From Takakia lepidozioides (taxonomy: Eukaryota; Plantae; Bryophyta), in assembly GCA_030704615.1 (NCBI GenBank), contig CM060731.1, positions 63,488,001-63,552,000 on the forward strand: a stretch of 64,000 nucleotides of DNA. Direction: 5' to 3'. The first letter of the stretch is position 1. Each line of letters starts with the position of its first letter. The translations under genes and the position numbers were made by a program. Below are positions 23,216-37,003 of the stretch, one piece after another. The notes beneath the pieces are model-generated. The model was not told the origin of the DNA, did not search any database, and saw only the letters and a list, made by a program, of their open reading frames with translations.

Positions 23216-25973
23216 CTGTGAGGCTGAGAAGGCTGGGGCTGGGAGCCCCAATTGATGGCCTTGGAGGATCAAAGTAGAACTTAACACGTCGATCTTTGGG
23301 ATGGAGAGATTTGACCCAGGAGTAATTGGCTTGGGCTTTGCGGTTTGTCCTCTTAATTTCCACAAACAACGCAGAAAGGTTTTGTTTGGCCTCTTGAGTG
23401 AGGGGAGTATTGACATGAGAGAATTGGTCACTTGAAACAGGGTCAATTGACAGGGAGATAATATCAGCCTGTTCCGGATAAAAAGTACTTTTGAGGATGG
23501 AGGTGAGCAGAGGATGTGGTTCTGGAGTGTCTGGTAACGACACGACTGGACCAGCTTGAAGATCTGAAGGAACAATGACGGACGAGAGAGTCTGTCGAGC
23601 CGATTTTCTTGCAGAAGATGGTTTTTCCAGACATAATAACCAACATCTGCAAGGATCAGAAGAGAGTGTTTGGAAGAAAATGCATGGCGAGGTGCAGGGG
23701 AGAACCTGGATTTGTGGGTTTGTTGACTCAGAGACGCAGAGAGGGGTATCGTGTCCTACTTGAGTCATAATGTTGTTGAAGCTGTTGCTGGGTTGAGGGG
23801 AGATATGCAGCTCACTCGTCGTGGCAGCCAGGGCTTCATCTTGTATGTGTTGAGCCTAAAGGTCTGCGAGAGGCTCTTCATCTGAGGAAGGTCCCGATGA
23901 TGGTGGTTTGATACCCGCCAGATGGTCCCTCGTTCTTTGAAGTTCCATTCTACGTGTGTCATCGTCAATCTCTGCTTCGATTATTGCCCCTAGGATCTGG
24001 AATGCATTGATAAGGGTGTCCTGATTTCTGATTTGGAGTTTGTGACCTCCGCATTCAGTGTCAAGACCGAGTTCATGAACCCATAGATCACCCATGGGGG
24101 GGTCAAGATGGTAGATGTCCGCCTCCTCCAACATCGCCAGTACATGAGTAGATGGCTTACAACTTAGCCCTGGATGCTCTTCCAGGTATGCCCCCCAATA
24201 GATTTTGGAGGTTTCTATCAAAAGGTAGTGTGGCTGGTATGCCCTAAAGAACTCTTGGATTTTGTTTTTGATCATAGAATCAGGGCATCCATTGGGAGGA
24301 CAGGTTCTCATGAAGTGTCTTACATCTTCCGTGGTAATCCATAGTGATTCAACACATTCCCAGTCATCCGAGGTGATGAGGATTGATGGAGAGTTCCCTT
24401 GCCTGAAGATGATTGGAGTGATGCATACTGCAAATGGCTCGCCAAAGGTTTGCAGGGCCGAACAGCCTTTTAAGTCCAACCTTGGAAAGGAGGTTTGTTT
24501 AAGACAGATCTTTGCAAAGGTCGGATTATTGGCGATTCCGGTAAGAATTTTGGGTGATTGTACCATCATTGAAGGATGGCCTTCTGGGGCAGAAGGGGAA
24601 GATCGATTCTGCACTTTGGTTTTGCCTTTGTCCTTGTGCCCTTCGTGTGATTGTGGGTGCTTGTGCCTGCTTCCAGATACATCGGATCCATGACGTTTCC
24701 ACGAGGTTTTGAATATGTTTTTTTTTTAATGAACTGCAGGTGATCAGCAGGGGTGGCAGCTGGTTGCTGAACTTGAGGATGCTGTCTTGGAAGCTAGGTT
24801 CTGTTGTTGAAGTGGTGAACAGGAGCAGTGCTGCCTTGTGGAGAAGACACAGAGTTGGTGGATTTGGGACGTGTGATGGGTGACGTTTCCTCTTTCTTGT
24901 AGGGCAATTAACCTTAATATGCCCCATTTGTCCACAGTTGAAGCACTCTGATGAGGAGCAGTCTTCAATGAGGCGAATAGTGTAGTAATTCCCGTTGTCA
25001 TCTATAGGGAGTCTGACATATTCTGGGAGGATGTCTTCATTTGGCATAGTAAGGACCATTTTTGCAGAGCCTGTCTCATATAGCCTGGTCATTCCTTTCC
25101 ATGCTGGATCTTGCCCCAAGTATGTTGTGTCCATCTGTGGGTCAAAAACTGCCAAACAGCCTACATATAACCCAAAAAGCTTGGCAATGTCTGGCAGGTT
25201 AACAAGGTACTAGTGACCGTGGTTCCAGGATGGTTTACGTCCAACCCGAGCCCTCATCCTTGCTTCCAGAAAGCTCTACAACTAGGTGGTCAGGGATAAA
25301 TGGCAGTGAAACTATTCTTGGTCCCCAGAGTTTCCCATTCCTATTGCCCAGGTTGGAATTCCATGGGAAAATATTAACATTAAAACCTTTTGTATGGGGG
25401 TTGAATTTGAGTGCTTGAGCTGCTGCCTGTTCTGTTTCAAATACGATGGAGTAGAACCCCCGCCCTTTGGAGTGGTAGAATTGTTGCTTAATCTCTCCTG
25501 TACCTCCCAGGTGTCTTGTCGCCCAGTCCCTGACGTGTTCTCTGTTCACCTTCTTGCCTGGAAAATGCAGTAAGATACCGTGCTCCTCCATTCTTTCCAC
25601 TCTATTGTAAAGCTCTGGAAGGTTAATGTCCGCCAGTGGGAAGTCCTTGTTCATAGCTACCTGTCTCCTCAGCGTAGTCTTCGGCTGTTGGAGATGGGGG
25701 AGGGCCTCCAAGCAATGCAGGATCTAGCCTCGACATTTTTAGAAGGGGCAGGGGAGGGGATGGAGTGTCAACATAAGAGGATGAAGGCCTGGGGGATGGG
25801 TGTCTCATTACTTCAGCCCCTCCAGCATACCTTGATAGCGCTTGATGAGCCAGAAAGAACCCTGTACCCGATGAGAGAGCGAAGCTCCTGTGCTGCCTCT
25901 GCGCAAGGGCGGAGGGGTGACGAATCCCTGCACTATCCTTCGATGTAGGAGCGACATATCCGCTTGGACCCAT
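23205..25973 (-). pseudogene. LINE-2 ORF1 (RRM/DUF4283-like region, zinc knuckle, extra domain); its stop overlaps the ORF2 start by 11 nt
   Basis: KGRGFYSIVF…NIFPW; CFNCGQMGHIKVNC; several frameshifts; ORF2 ATG at 23215 versus ORF1 TGA at 23205-23207. Confidence 0.82.
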
Positions 25974-26654
25974 AATGCAGAGGAAAGGAAATGATCGTAC
26001 TGAAAGCAAAACACCAGCAAACAGAAGAGAAGAACGCAAAACGAAAGCGCAAAGAGGCGAGGAACGAGTACGTAGAGGATTTAGCTAAGAAAGGAAAGAG
26101 AGGGAGAGAGGGAGAGAGTGGGGACAAATGTCAGAAAGCCATGAGGTAAAAGTGGCGGCGAACTAGCTGGCCAGACTATTCATTAGCCGTCATTCCTAGG
26201 AGATGACTGGGTAGGGGCGCCGCTTGCACGAGACTGGGATTAAAGGAGGAAGGATGAAGATTTCACGAAAAGACAGAAATCATGAAAAGATGATGCAGTC
26301 TTGAGAAAATAGCATTGAACATATGAGAATAGCCTATTGAGCTGCAGCTTGAATCGTGGAGAATGTTTCACATAAGGTGATAACCATGAAGCTAAGGATC
26401 TAGTCTGTAAGTCGTGAAAGGGAAGGAGAAATCGTGAGAGACGAAGAGACCGTTGGGGGTCTCTCCGGAGCGCCATCCTTAAAAAAAAGGAGCGCCATCT
26501 TATATTCTTCCTATAAACTTCCGCATAAAATCTAAATTCAATCAAATGAGATAAACGTTGAAGTTTTTGTAAAATTTTGAACAGTGTTCGTACAAGTAGT
26601 CACTAGGAGTGCGGAGCAACGCGTCGCTCTAGTACTTAAGAATACAAGAGGGTC

Positions 26655-26947
26655 TCAAGCAGTGGTGAATAGCTTAATGGTAGAGTGATGGCACTGGAGG
26701 TAGCGAGGTGCCGGGTGCCATTCAAGATGGCTGGCTGAGGTTACCCACGTCCATGTTATTCCGTGTTAGTGTCACCCATAGTCAATGGAGTTACACTCCC
26801 CTGTAACCAGCTGTAATTCCAACTAGAGTTACACTCCCTTCAGCTCCATGTCACTCAAGAGAGGGTGGGGAAGAATTGACATGCCGGAAACATGCATACT
26901 CTCATGTTAGAGGTTGCACTTGTGTATTAAGTTCTTACATTATTCCT
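26655..26947 (+). repeat. Dispersed repeat with tRNA-like head (A-box TAGCTTAATGGTAGAG), SINE-like
   Basis: A-box at ~26670 and degenerate B-box; homologous (inverted) to 17868-18250. Confidence 0.6.
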
Positions 26948-27617
26948 ACTGCTCCGTTCACAATCAGTCTGTTGCATTCTGATTCCAAATCTTTGTCATG
27001 CTTAACCCTCAATTAAAACGCATGTCCTCATTAAAGAAAACATTATCTGCACCTTAGTGGAGTTCAAAACTGTGTTTTTATTCAACTTGAAATGCATATT
27101 GGCACGAAGTGCTTTCAAGGGCTTGAATCCGGGCTTTGACAATGCTCTGTGTCACTCTTCCTATCTGGCGACCTTGCCTAGATGGTGGCAGGGTTGAAAT
27201 TAATATATCCCATTGTGGTGGAATTGTTGGGAGGGGAAAGACATTGCTGATGTTATTTCTGCTCAATGGTCATCCTGTAGAACTAACCTCTTTCCAAGTA
27301 ACTTTGTGCGTGTCACAAGAAAATCTCGAGGTATCTTTTCTCTGGAGTCTGGACGTTATTTATTTGGGTGAAGATTTAAGAAAGTAATTAAGTAACACAT
27401 GATTGTCGCTCTAGATGGTGGAGAGCCTCAAAACCATGGTGGGGATGGTACTTGCTGGAAGTTTTTCTCTGGAGAGCTGGGGCCAAGGTTCTTGTCTCAG
27501 TACAAGAAATTAGCTAACTCATTACCTTGGACATGAGAAATTACACATACACATCAATATATGAAGCAAGGTAGTCTGTTATCTTATTTTGTTTTATTCT
27601 GTTTTGTAGCATTGAGA

Positions 27618-27836
27618 TCTCTCAAACCAAGGGCCCCAGCCCTGGTGCTTGGTACCCTTGGAAAGCCCTCAGATGAGGAAGGGTGCACCGACTTGGTCTC
27701 ATAATTTTTGGACCTGCGGTCTGGGAGATGTCAAATTTCAAGTACTTTTGGTCGCTGGAAATTCGTGAAAGAAAGCAAAGTGGGCTTTCCTAGGACAGTG
27801 ATTGCACACTTGGGCCAATGGCACAGGCTACCCTAG
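27618..27836 (+). mobile_element. Short Helitron-like non-autonomous element just downstream of the amylase stop
   Basis: A|TC start, GC-rich imperfect hairpin (gggccaatggcacaggc), then CTAG|T end; no TSD. Confidence 0.45.
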
Positions 27837-27994
27837 TTAACTATTAAACATAACTGGTGCCACAAAACCAAGCATAAAGCATAAATGGTCTAGATGTTGC
27901 AAGAGTGGGACGAAAAAGTTCCAAGGAAAGGATGCTGAACAGAGATTTGGTAAACCAAGAGGAAGTGGAAAGAAATGGGCATTTGAGCTCTACC

Positions 27995-30900
27995 TTAATC
28001 CTTTGCTTCATGTCCATACTTATCACGCTCTGTCTTATCAACAAGCTCCGGAACCTCTTCCAGTATTCGTTTTTTGGTCTTGTGTGACATCTTTTCGGTG
28101 ACATGGACTGTGTGAGTTGGTTCAATTGCAACAACCCCCAAATTATCTTCTTGGCTTTCATCATGCTCAGGCAAAACCCGAGAAGTAGGTGGTCTGGAGC
28201 TCTCCCAGACAGCATAGCCATCACCATATGTTGCCAATTTCCATTCCCTTTCATCCGGTAACAATGCCCCCATTTCCATCCTGCCGGCAAACCATGTTTC
28301 ATTACTGATTGTGGACCACAAATAAGTTACTAAAGAACAACAAAGCAAAAAGAGTACCATTTTCAACACACTGCTACGATCAACGCTTTCAGACCAGTGC
28401 AAATCCATCCTCCATTCGTCAAGAAGTGATGATGAAGAGAGAGAGACACATGCAGAGAGACTCTTGGGGTCAAGGAGTTTTAAAAACATATAAACAGAGA
28501 TTGGCTTGTTGAGTTCACTGTACAGTCCTGCTTTGCAAGTTCTCTCTCTGACACATACACACAGAAGAATAACTCAGGCAAGACAAAAGAGTTTCCCCAT
28601 ACTTATAAGATCAAAGATTACCAAGGTCTTACACCAATGTCCTTTCTGGGGAGAGGACTTTTGGGGAAGGTGACAAGTGATATATCAATGGAAGGTAAAC
28701 AAAGGTTGGCTTGATGAACAATGTACACTTCAGCTTCATGGGTGGTCATGTGTCTATATTACACACACATAACAAAAGCCCTTTTCCTGTCAACAATGCG
28801 CCAGGTGTAGGCTTACCGAGGTCCAAGCTTGACAATAAGCCGGTCTGCAACAGTGGCCACATAAATGTCATCTTCTGCGATATGTATGCTGAGTTTACTT
28901 TCGGAAGTAATGAAGTTCCGCCTTCGGACTTCTACAAGCTCGCGAATCTGGCCTTTTATTTTCCATTCAAAATAGTGGTCGTAAAACTGGACAGGTAGAA
29001 AAAAGAGCATGCTAGTGAGAAAAAGTTACATATCTGAATGGAACAGTCATTGTCTCAGTTTATTAATAAGTCTTCTTGATATCCATAGCCACAACACTCA
29101 CCACAAATGGAATATTACTTCTGGACATTGGCATGATCTTGCCCTTCCAAAGCAAATCACAGGGTTTGAACCAAAGTAGTAGCCCCAAATTGCCACAGCA
29201 TTCATCCAGGATAGACCAAAGTCTGGTTGCAGGGGCTAATGATTTTAAGGGTGAGCATTGACATCAAACTAGAGAGACATTGTTGATTTCATCAGTGCTA
29301 CCGTCATTTGGCACTGATATAGCACATGGTGTAAGGCCACAGGAGATAGAGTGTTAATGCTTAGGCTGCTACAGCTGCCATGCTTGACAAAACAATGTTG
29401 ATTACAGAATGACACCTTAGCCCCCAGTTTGCCATGGAAGTCACAATGCTAGAGAGAAAAAGAAGAAAGACAGACTTGAGCATTGCAGGAGGCTGTTATG
29501 GGCCTTCGGCACACAGTAGAACTACAAAGAGAGAAAAAGAGACTAAGAAAGAAGGTTTTCATGAAGTCCAAGAGGTCCTGAGGGAGAGAGAGGCATACGA
29601 TACAGGGAATGCCTGGGTGGGTAATGATGTAGGCATAGCCCATTGCAACTTTATCATCTGGAAAGTTCCAGTGGCGTTGTGTGGACCCTGTGTCATGGTT
29701 GTCTAGGAAAGTCACTGCTCGTTGTGGCCACCAACCTGTTAATCATAAGAATTTAAGTTGAACAAGAATTCAGAGATTAAATTATTGAGTATTCTCAGTA
29801 AAACATTAGCTACGATATACCCTTGCGGACACGGTTCTTGTAGGATAACACCTGCTCCGAGCTAGTTGTGGGGTTTTGACATACTAGGGTATGGAAATTA
29901 ACAACATACCTCCATAGCACTCTAACACATCCCATAGCATTTAAAGGCTGTCAATGAAAATATACAAGACTGTCGCGTTTGTGCGAGGTAGCATAGTCTG
30001 CTACTTGAACAGCTGTGGCACACCATGGAGTTCTAACCTGTGCCGTATTGATGGATCAGGGTAGAAGTTAGTCCTCTAAATGTGCCACAAAAGGGCATGA
30101 TTGAATTGTAAGATGCAGTTGAGGACCAAAAGAACAAGCCAACAATGACATACAGAAGAAGGGAGCCACTGTGGTTTGCAGAGGGGGCATACCAATGAGG
30201 CCAGGGGCCTTCCCATTAGCATCTTGAAGGCGCCATAGTTCACCCTGTACAGCAGCTTGCAATACTCCTTTTGTGGTGAAGTCAAAAGCGCAGCACCGGC
30301 CCCCAGTTCCATCAATCCAGTCACATAGTTTCTGTCGATGTGGGTCTGTTAACACTCACCCAATTTAGGCATACTTGTCTCTCTCATAGAAAAATCTAAT
30401 CAAGAGTTGTTCAGACAACAAACCAAAAAAAGAAACTTTTTTTTCAAGGTGGTTAAGTATGCCTCTCACCCTCTCTTTCAAAGAAAACAGCAACTCTGGC
30501 TACAGCTTATCCTATGCCCATAATCCCCAGAGCATGACATCCTCCCAGAGCTAGTTGTTCTAATAGAGGAAGAAAGACGTTGTATAACATCCACAGACGA
30601 TCACGGAGGATGAGAAAGAAGAGACACATAACATCCGCAGGAGCCCCACAGCACCTACAGAAAAACATAATAGACAGACAGAAACCAAAGAACAAATCAA
30701 ACCCAAAACATTGCAGAGAGAAACAGCACCCTGGTTTGCATCAGGGTTGGTGCCTGTATATGACATTGTTGTCCAAACCTCCCCGACTGCAAACGTTGGG
30801 CTAGTGCGCTCGCAATACCTGCCTTTAAAGCAGCACCCTCTCATTTGTAAGCAGTTGGAACTATATTAGAAAACAACCAACCACAAAAGAGACAGAAAGG

Positions 30901-33900
30901 TTGGTAAATTTCTTTTTCAATCAATAACCTTGGTGTATATTTCACAGCCAGCTTTGGCAGCCAATGACATTCCACATTCCAGCCTCTCTAATGCATCTAG
31001 TATGCACGGTTACTTTCAATACCATGTTTTGCTGACCACATGAGGCTACATGAGAACTACACAAATACCACATTACTAAGGCTCAATAACATAGTAACTA
31101 GTTGATCACATTTATAGGGTTTAAGTGAAGATGTGGGAGGACATTGACTTACAGGCCACTATATTTGGGTGCAAAGCCCTTGGCAAAATCAAAGCGCCAC
31201 CCATCAAATCCTATCTCTGCTCGCAGCCAGTTCATCCAGTCGGTAAGCTCATCTTGAACTTGCTTGTTGGTATGGTCCAGGTCAGGGGCTGCACCATATT
31301 TCTCTCCAGTGTCATGGTGCCCTTTGCCCCCACTATCATAGGTGTCATCGTCAACCACCTGCGTACATTTGCCCCCACTATCATAAGTGTCATCGTCAAC
31401 CACTTTGACCTTTGTACACGAGCTTCTGGAATTCAACTAACAGAGGTGCAATGACGGTTTCTTATGCCCACAGTATGGACATGTGGGCTCTTCTTTTCAA
31501 GGAGAGAGAAAGAATCTTGATTGATATATGGGACCGGGAAAAACAGAGAAGCACTAGAAAACCCAGCTTACAGTTTACAGTCCTAATAACTAAGTGCCTC
31601 TGCCAAGGATGAGCAGACTCTGATGAGATAGTAGCAACACCCGCTACGGGAGAGAGGGAGAGAGGGGTCTGCCTCAGAGATATGCCATGCAATTTGGTAC
31701 CATGCCAATATCATTCCTTTCATTTGTACTAATGACTTCCCCGAAGACTAAAGGAAGGTCGATGATGATACTAGTCCCATTCTCTGCAAATGGATCTCTA
31801 AGCCCTACCTTATCTTCTGTTTCTGTTTCTACATGGAAGGTAATGGAAGTATTAATCCTCTCACATCACTAACTCGACCGTTCCCACGAAGAGGTACTTT
31901 AGGATAACTTTCTCTTGCAGTAGCCGCTTGGATATCAAATATAGCCTGTGACAATTTCACACATATTCTTCCACTTCTTAAACTGGATTCCAGAAGTCTA
32001 GCTATAGCTGGAAAAAATCCATCATGTTTATGGTGAAAATCAGTTTATGCATTGAAACTGAAGATAAATTAGATATAACTTTGATTTAAATCGATGTTCT
32101 AATACATCACAAAAGTCGAATATATAAAAGCAGAGCGTGCAGGAGAAATAGCTTTAGGTGCAGCTGGTCTCCTTCAGGTGATTCAAAAACTCTCCAACGA
32201 AGTAACTACTTCAAAACCAAAATAGATAAAAGCATGGCCCAGGAGCGGTATTCTTCTTCTCCAATTTGACTTGTAGTCAAGTCCAAATTCTGGAACATCT
32301 TCAACAAAACTTGACCACAAGTTGGAATGGTTTGTAAATCTTGAATCTCTGAAGTGGCTAGTTATAAAACCGAGTGGCCAAACCTCTGAAGAGATTTCCA
32401 GTTTGCAGTCTACTTGCAATTTTACCTTTATACTACATATACACCTATTTACAGTAAGGAAAAAAAACATGTTATCAGGCATACATCCATATAAGTATTG
32501 AGTGATCTCCATACTTCCGATTAAAGGTAGCCAAAAAAGAAGTACTGAGAAAATCTGATCTAAGTTTAGAAGGATTTTCAGAAGAGAAAACCAGAGACAA
32601 ACAGCAAAGAGAAGAAAAACAGAAGCAAGGACAAAATAGACACGGATACGAACAAAACAACAAACACGGATTCATCTTGAACCCGTAAACTGAGAATTGT
32701 GGTATAGTGACTGTCTCTCACTAATCCATGGACCAAGCATGTGGAAATTTAATTGAGGGCACCAGTGCTTATGGGCCCCACCCCAGTAGGTTTTGAGGAC
32801 AAGTCCATGTGCACTTGTGTGATTCTGTTGATACAGAGCGAGGACACAGCTATTGGACCAAGATGCTGGACTTATGATTTGACCAAACAAGTAGTACATA
32901 TGCATGTGTGCATATGTGTGTGTGTGTTGGGCAGAGGGTTGAGGCAATGAGTATGAAGGACAGCTTACCGCCCAAGGACCCCAGGCCAATCTCTTGTCCT
33001 TGACACCGCCCTCAAACACATTCCAGTGGCCAGCAGAATCCTGCTTGTTCCCACTGCGGTGGTTGATCACAATATCAGCAACAGCACAAATCCCATGGGT
33101 GTGCAAGGTGTCTATGAGATCTCGCAACTGTGTACCTTTGCCAAATCTTGACGCATCCAGATTGTAGAGTTGCCCTGGTAAATAGCCTGTATACGAGCCA
33201 CATGAGTAAGACCGGTCTTGCAAGGGATGAGAGAGCTGTACAAATAGGAGGAATATGCTGCTACTGCAACAGGGCTAGCTTTGCATGCACAGGTCCGGTG
33301 GAACAACCCATCCTAATCTGGTGAGGATCTAATATTGTAGTTGTTTTCTTACAGCAAGTAATGGTCCAAGTTCTACTCTAGCTAGTCCGAAAAAGAAGTA
33401 CAGCATTAAATGAGGTGAATCATGCTTTTGATAACCAAAACCTACTGACCACTAGTAGAGATCCTATCAACACCATTGATAATGGTGAGGCTGAGAGAGA
33501 ATACCATTCTTATCCACCGACTGGGAGACAGGAGGAAGCCAGACATCTGTGACACCCAGTTCAGCCAGGTCCTCTACCTTACTCTGGAAATTCAGCCACC
33601 AAGGATATTGTTTAGGAGATTCCCAATTGAACCCCTGCATTCCAGCACACCAAATCATTACAGTTGATATGTCAGGACAAACCCTACCATTCAAGAGATG
33701 ATTGAAATTGCAAGGCCACCAATGAGACGAGTTTGCCATCACCTTCTCAATTGAAAGGCATCTTCTCAAGAATATGAGAGAAGAGAGAAAGAAAGAAATT
33801 TTCTGTCCATGTGGAGAGCCCAAAGGATTCATGGGACAAAGTAGTACTATGCGAGGGAGATGAGTGGATTGACCACTCACTAAGAATGGTAACTATGATG

Positions 33901-34651
33901 TACAACTGATGCCATGGACCACACAAAATACAAACCCTTCCCAAGCTGGTCCTGGGATTTCCACCCACAATGATGAAAACCTAAAACAAAGGGTGTCAGT
34001 GTGCCCTCAGCCAACGATGATCAGGAGATTGATTCTTTTTAGAGATGAGATTGACATCATCTGAGGAAGCATAACTGTCCAGCACTGCTACTGTGCCTCT
34101 ACCTTCATACAGAGGTGACACATGACTTGAATACATCGCCAATTTGCACTATAGCATGAAAAACAGACTGGGAGGAAGGCACGAATAAAGAAACACCCAC
34201 ACATGAATACAAGTTGAGAAACACTGAAAGGCGTTTGAATTTACTAAGAGGGAAACTTGTGGCCTATTAAGGCCTCTCTTGACATACCCCAACAATAAAA
34301 CCCATGACAGTTGATACCAATCAAGTTCCCATTACTTTCCAATAGACAGCAACATAGACATACAGAGACACACAATTAAAGCAAAACCTGAAACAGAAGA
34401 ACCTCCGAAGTGTCAGCCGGTGTCGGCCGTGCTGGCCTAACCTTTCCCCCTGCATGGTATTCGAAGTGCCTCATATGTAACTCCTTATCATGAAACCTTC
34501 CGTGTCCATGATTTCCAACAGCTTGAGCCCAAACCACTCGCTTTCTTTGCACAGATCCTCTCTGAGCATATGTAGCAAAACCCAGTTTTCTTGAAATCCC
34601 ACCTTTAGTTACTATAGTTTCTATAGGGTTGAATGGAAACGTACACTCGGA
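27995..34651 (-). CDS. AMY: Alpha-amylase, GH13 plant AMY1-like. Exons: 34651(or 34620/ATG 34474)-34388, 33634-33505, 33186-32969, 31358-31153, 30818-30730, 30345-30193, 29735-29599, 28986-28817, 28280-27995
   Basis: LLFQ|[44 protein letters not shown] (nucleophile D), AVGEVW (E), FLDNHDTGS (D), YAVWE. All eight introns are GT-AG with consistent phases and no disablements; the 5' end is uncertain. Confidence 0.95.
31323..31416 (-). repeat. Tandem duplication spanning the acceptor and first 36 nt of amylase exon 4
   Basis: gtggttgacgatgacac(t/c)tatgatagtgggggcaaa occurs twice (31403-31368 and 31358-31323), each with an upstream tgtac…ag. Confidence 0.92.
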
Positions 34652-34841
34652 CTAATCCAGCCAAATTACCCACACATAAATTTCACCCTGGCGTGTGACA
34701 AATTAGCCAGACTAATTGCTGGCTGAAGGTCATGAAGAAAACTGCTGAACCATAAACAATATCACCCACCCACATTGTTTAAAGACCTCCAGACTATTGT
34801 GACACAACTGGTACATGGTAAAGCTATGAACTGAAAGAATT

Positions 34842-36947
34842 TCAAATTTGAGATTGCTTCCAATGTGCAGGGCATGGCAGTGTAGCAATTACCCGTGGGT
34901 TCACAAGATAATCCACTGGATTTGTTCTTAGGACTTGCCATCTATCCAATTGCCCTGACACCTGTGCTCCCGACAACCAGCCAAAACATGCTTGAATTTC
35001 CTTTAGTCATGCAAGCAAGCACCAAGTTCACCACAAACCAACCAACACATGGTTGACCAATTACATATTGGAGCACAGCATGCATCCGCAAAAATTTCAC
35101 CCTTGTAGTCATAAACCAAATGCATGGTGTGGATAGGATAGACAGAAATGCTGAAACTGGGAACAATGGCTATCATGCACAATTGAGGGCTTTGTCCTAA
35201 CAGAGAATCCTGCCCTCCGACAACTGGATGTGGGTTTTGACACATCAGGGAAACCTAAAGGAGGGAGAATGTTCCATAAACCCTGCACTCGGATTGAATA
35301 TAGCAGGAAACAGGAAGCGAGAGCGAAGGAGGACAACAGGCCAGATAGTTGTGGAAGGCTTGCTCCAGTAGTGGGACATTCTCCCCAGGATTAGGGTCGA
35401 GGAGGGTGGTTTTCAGCTATGTCGAGCTTCTTGAATACAATGAGAGGAAGGTGAGAGAAATCTTTAGGATTGCTGATGGTTGGATACTCTGGCAAAATGT
35501 CTCTGTTCGGAAAAGAGAAACTAGCTGAAACTTTCATGCTCAACTTCTTGCATCCATGGTGCAAAAATTCTATTAAGGGGAAGAGCATTGAGGTGTCAGC
35601 AATATCAATGCAGCATAATTAGTGACCAGAACTGTGCAACCTGTCTTTGTGAGGAAGCAAGCTAAGAGGAATAAAAGTACCTGCATGGTCCCCAGCTCAG
35701 CAACCAATGCACTGCCAACTCGCCCAGCCAAAAGGATGGCAGTTACTATCAGGGAGAGCTCCCTTGCCAAATCCAGGGCCAACACCCCCTTGGACCCTGT
35801 GAGTCCACACTCCTGAACAAACTGCAAGCAAACGTATACTTCTTCAGTCATTTCTACCTTCAATGGAAACCTCTGGGTTGTCAATCTGTGACTGCTAATC
35901 TCACTCTTGGCATTGAAGTCTTCTTCTCAACCAGATACAAGCTTTAACCACTCCAATCACTAGCTGATGGAACCATTTCATTACCCTCACACATGACACC
36001 CATATTTTTTCAACCTGGAATAGGCTGCAAACAGGACCAGGCTCTTTCCCAATAAGTCGGCAAGACGACTGTCCCAGAATCTGTGAAAAAGGGAGAGGTA
36101 AGCAAATCCAAGCAACTTCACAAAGGAAGGGTACTTCGCTGGAAATGGGGGAAGTGCAAAAAATTCACGACTATGACTTTTCTGGTGTGTGTGACAGACA
36201 CACATGGTGGGGAACCAGCTGAAGCATGTGAGGCCTGATGCTTCGGATAACAAAAACATCAAAGCATATGGTTCTGCACTATGGAGGAAGGTCCCTCTCG
36301 GTACTTGTCTTCAGGATATAGATTCACCGAAACAAAACATATCATTATCGGATAGCACTGTACCGGCAATCTGTCTTGAGCATTATGTCTTGCCATTTTT
36401 ATTTAACCATCTGTCCTTCTATTACTGCCTGCAATCCAAGATCAGTATCACAGATTACCTGGCCTGCAATTATTACTGCAGAAATGGCTCGCCACAAATA
36501 CGGCGGCTTCCAGGCCGCCAGCATTGATCTGTCCTTCCGAGAATCACAAGATGGAGCGCATATGGAGCCACCGTCCTCGTCTGCTCCCAGTTCTGTAGAT
36601 GTTATTGCTACTGAAGCTATCACCTTGCTCAAATCCTTACAATTCTCAGAGTCCCTTGTTTCCAGAGCCTTCCATTTTGGAGACAGATATACCGCCTTCT
36701 CCCTCCTCGAAGGACACTCTCTCGAACTGGTGCAACTGCTAGCAGACCGATTTAAACTGGCTACCACACTACATGAGATACGAGGAATTAGGAAATGGAT
36801 GCTAGGGAATTGCAACGATCTCGAAGTATAGTTTTGAATTTGCTGCAAGGACATGCTTCTAATGCTCCGCCAGTAAGGGGGAGCCATCACCTGACCGGTA
36901 GTCCCTGATACAACATGCTCTTGAAATCTGACATGAATTGTTGCCAT
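34842..36947 (-). pseudogene. TGD1: TGD1 (MlaE-type plastid lipid ABC permease) decayed copy. Exons ~36947-36459, 35821-35681, 34961-34842; the C-terminal third is missing
   Basis: Transit peptide then WKPPYLWRAISAVIIAGQ; GVLALDLARELSLIVTAILLAGRVGSALVAELGTMQ; VSGQLD…TNPVDYLVNPRVIA, then frameshift/stop. The HWRNTLQQLE exon is unrecognisable. Confidence 0.85.
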
Positions 36948-37003
36948 TGTTCCCGGATGCTCTAGAACCAAACTACATGACGGATAGTGTTTTTAATTTT
37001 GGC

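Larger units (their letters stand above)
19208..26497 (-). mobile_element. L1-clade LINE, near full length, decayed (LINE-2)
   Basis: ORF1 and ORF2 remnants; (TA)n tail at 19203-19222; candidate TSD TCTTATAT at 19200-19207 and 26498-26505 (5' end tentative). Confidence 0.88.

Noticed and set aside
36014-36080. Missing TGD1 middle exon
   Set aside because: Splice-like borders exist but no frame convincingly matches GPKSLGVCLLTS.
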